Shown here: positions 61,523-64,000 of the stretch, in pieces
Layout of the letters: every line of letters starts with the position of its first letter
How positions within the stretch are numbered: position 1 is the first letter of the stretch
Assembly (NCBI RefSeq): GCF_021028975.2
Contig: NC_059427.1
Span: forward strand, 121,334,001 to 121,398,000
From: Sphaerodactylus townsendi
Taxonomy: Eukaryota
Length of the DNA: 64,000 nucleotides
Reading direction: 5' to 3'
Notes under the pieces: generated by a model
What the model was told of the DNA's origin: nothing
The model's input: the letters and a program-made list of their open reading frames with translations, nothing else
Database searches by the model: none
Position numbers and translations under genes: made by a program

Positions 61523-61685
61523 CAGGCTAGCCTGATCTCACCAGATTTCAAAAACCCTGGTTAGTATTTAGATGGGCAATCTCCAAGGAACAGCAGGATT
61601 ATGACTTGGAGTGGCAGGCAGTGGCAAACCACCCTCAGAACTTCTCTTGCTTTGAAAACCTTGACTTGATGGCACATGCTCACAA
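61523..61685 (+). mobile_element. 5S-derived SINE
   Basis: gcctgatctcaccagattt...cctggttagtatttagatggg head; gacttgatggcac tail. Confidence 0.6.
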
Positions 61686-61946
61686 AAGTTTTGGGAAAAA
61701 ACAAAGGAAGGTGGGCAGGGGATTAAACTTGGTCTCCAGGGAGTTCCATCGTAAATGAACTTGAAATGGTACACGTCATAGCCCTTCGGGGGTAGGGCGG
61801 TCTACTAAATTGAATAAATAATAATAGTAATAGTTGAAATGCTCATTAACAACCTGTGCTCACACCAAATAGGGTGGAAATCCTCATCCAAACAGTTCCA
61901 TCCTTATTCTTTGATTCATCATATTTTGATTTTTGCTTCCCTGCAG

Positions 61947-62045
61947 GTGCTGGAAGCTTGTATGAAGAACTGTGGGCGAAGATTTCATAACGAAGTAGGG
62001 AAGTTTCGATTTTTAAATGAATTGATTAAAGTTGTGTCTCCGAAG
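61947..62045 (+). CDS. GGA3: GGA3 coding exon 4 (99 nt)
   Basis: VLEACMKNCGRRFHNEVGKFRFLNELIKVVSPK; cag acceptor and gttagt donor. Confidence 0.97.
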
Positions 62046-62655
62046 GTTAGTATGAAGTTTGACCTATGTCTAGTCTGCCCTAGTCCTTAAAACACACTTA
62101 CAATCTTTCTGGGATAGGGCTTGGTAGAAAGACAAGACAAAAAAAGCATTTACGATCACTGAGGTGTAGATAATAAAGGTTCTCATAGTGAATGGATTAT
62201 CCAGTGAGCTAGCGTATGGGTAGCTGAACATTCTGCATTTTTTTCATTTCTAAGTATTATCAGGAATTAGGTTCCTGCTGCTTATGTAACATTTTGAAAT
62301 ACTGTTTCTATCCCAAAATGTGATAATCAGAGCTTGATATTGGTCAGTTTGTTTAACCGTTCTCATTTCTACATGTTGTTTGGATAATGTAGAATAAAGG
62401 CTTATAATGAAACTTTTGTGACCTATGAAAAAAGGGCATTTGAAAATCATGCATGCTGTCTCTTAATTTACTCTGTTCCATCTATAATAAAACATTGCCT
62501 GCATTAAATAATGCTCCTGATCTAGCCATTAAAATTGATCTAACTATTGAAATTAGAAATGTCTTTGTTAAGTCATTATTGGAAAATGACTTTAATCTGG
62601 CAGCTAGCCCCTTTAACATCTTGAGGAGCACCTGAGTACCTGTGTGTGACTGTTA

Positions 62656-62980
62656 CCGTGTTTCCCCAAAATTAAGACAGGGTCTTATATTAATTTTTGC
62701 GCCAAAAGATGCATTAGGGCTTATTTTCAAGGGTTGTATTGTATTGTATTATTTGATTTGTATACCGCATATTCAGGGAAATACGGTACCTTCACAATTC
62801 ATTGAGGGAGGCTCTTGGCGGCCCCATTGCTTCCCCTGCTTGATCACACCATCCTGATCTATAACTTCCGGCAGGGCTTATTTTTGGAGTAGGGCTTATA
62901 TTTCAAGCCTCCTACAAAAATCCCGAAAAATCATGATAGGGCTTATTTTCAGGGTAGGTCTTATTTTCAGGGAAACACTG
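62656..62980. mobile_element. Tc/mariner (Tc2-like) MITE
   Basis: TA|CCGTGTTTCCC ... GGGAAACACTG|TA; repeated gggcttatttt subterminal motif. Confidence 0.8.
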
Positions 62981-63110
62981 TAAGAGCCTGCCTCAGATCA
63001 GCACGGAAAACATTTACAGCATCGGCTCATACTTGCAGTGGTTCAGAGTAGATTCTTGTATCTCAAAGGAAAGAAATCCACATAATTTCTATTTTTTTTT
63101 CCTTTGGCAG

Positions 63111-63234
63111 TACCTTGGTGATAGAGTGTCAGAGAAGGTCAAAACCAAAATAATTGAGCTGCTGTATAGTTGGACGGTAGCCCTGCCGGAGGAGTCGAAA
63201 ATCAAAGACGCTTACTACATGTTGAAGAGACAAG
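63111..63234 (+). CDS. GGA3: GGA3 coding exon 5 (124 nt)
   Basis: YLGDRVSEKVKTKIIELLYSWTVALPEESKIKDAYYMLKRQ(G); cag acceptor and gttgag donor. Confidence 0.96.
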
Positions 63235-63846
63235 GTTGAGAGCAACTTGTTAAATGGAATGTCATAATGTAATGGCTTTGATAAGTAGTCACTGCAGTTT
63301 GTCTAAGGTAGACTTGCTCAACTGAATAAGACTTGATACATAGATGTTCACACCCTTGCAGCTTTACTGTGGAGTGTTATGTATCATCACAATGAAAGTC
63401 TGGCTGCACTGTTATTATCCCACTAGCTGCCCACTCTGGATGTTAAGTTCCTCTTTGCTGCTCAGGCAAATGCTTGTGATATTAAGATCAGGTTTGACAA
63501 TACCAGAAAATATCAGCAAGTAGCAGAATGATGGCAAATTCCCAGGCTCAAGGGCAAAAAAGGTCTTACAAGGCAGGTTTATAGGGACAAAGGCTGGCAA
63601 CTTCTATAGTGAGCTTTGTCTGTTGATGAACCCCACCATTCTGAATCAAGATTTAGAGCACTGGCTGGGTCTTTATTGCTAATGCAGTAGCACAACATAA
63701 TCTTTGCCAAAGTCCTGCTGGAACATCATCAGCAAGTAGTAGATGCCTTGACATACTACAGCTGTCTTCTTTTGCACAGGCAGCTTGTGTGGAGCAAAAA
63801 AAGTGTTGTGCCACTAACAGAAATCATTGTCTCCTTTTTCTTTCAG

Positions 63847-63950
63847 GCATTGTCCTGTCAGACCCTGTAATTCCCGTGGAGAGAACGCTCATCCCCTCTC
63901 CTCCACCTCGCCCCAAAAATCCTGTATTTGATGATGATGAGAAATCCAAG
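63847..63950 (+). CDS. GGA3: GGA3 coding exon 6 (104 nt); gene continues beyond the window
   Basis: (G)IVLSDPVIPVERTLIPSPPPRPKNPVFDDDEKSK; cag acceptor and gtaaag donor. Confidence 0.96.
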
Positions 63951-64000
63951 GTAAAGTGAAAAGGAGAACTCTCATAAGCAACCATCAAATAATCTTATGA

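Overview
Vertebrate genomic DNA from a squamate reptile, probably a gecko (inferred from the repeat content). It carries the conserved block SLC25A19 (+), MIF4GD (+), MRPS7 (-) and GGA3 (+). I reconstructed the exons by hand from GT-AG junctions and reading frame. SLC25A19 has 6 coding exons (975 nt, 324 aa), MIF4GD has 5 (669 nt, 222 aa), MRPS7 has 5 (723 nt, 240 aa), and GGA3 has its first 6 coding exons here (VHS domain) and continues past the window end. Introns and spacers are dense in mobile DNA: tRNA- and 5S-derived SINEs, CR1/L2/RTE fragments, hAT MITEs (SPIN-like, OC1-like), Harbinger-type and Tc/mariner MITEs, and three inverted Penelope-like insertions. There are two N gaps. Strongest leads: (1) a 42-codon ORF in the MIF4GD 5' region, too short for the ORF track, that encodes a clean single-pass transmembrane micropeptide within a chain of uORFs; (2) intact minimal hammerhead ribozyme cores in the Penelope-like insertions, one of them sense to GGA3 intron 1; (3) hAT MITEs carrying the same ZNF143/THAP11-type motif as the SLC25A19 promoter; (4) a SPIN-like MITE with a captured MIR-like core. 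Repeat family names come from recalled consensus motifs, not database searches.
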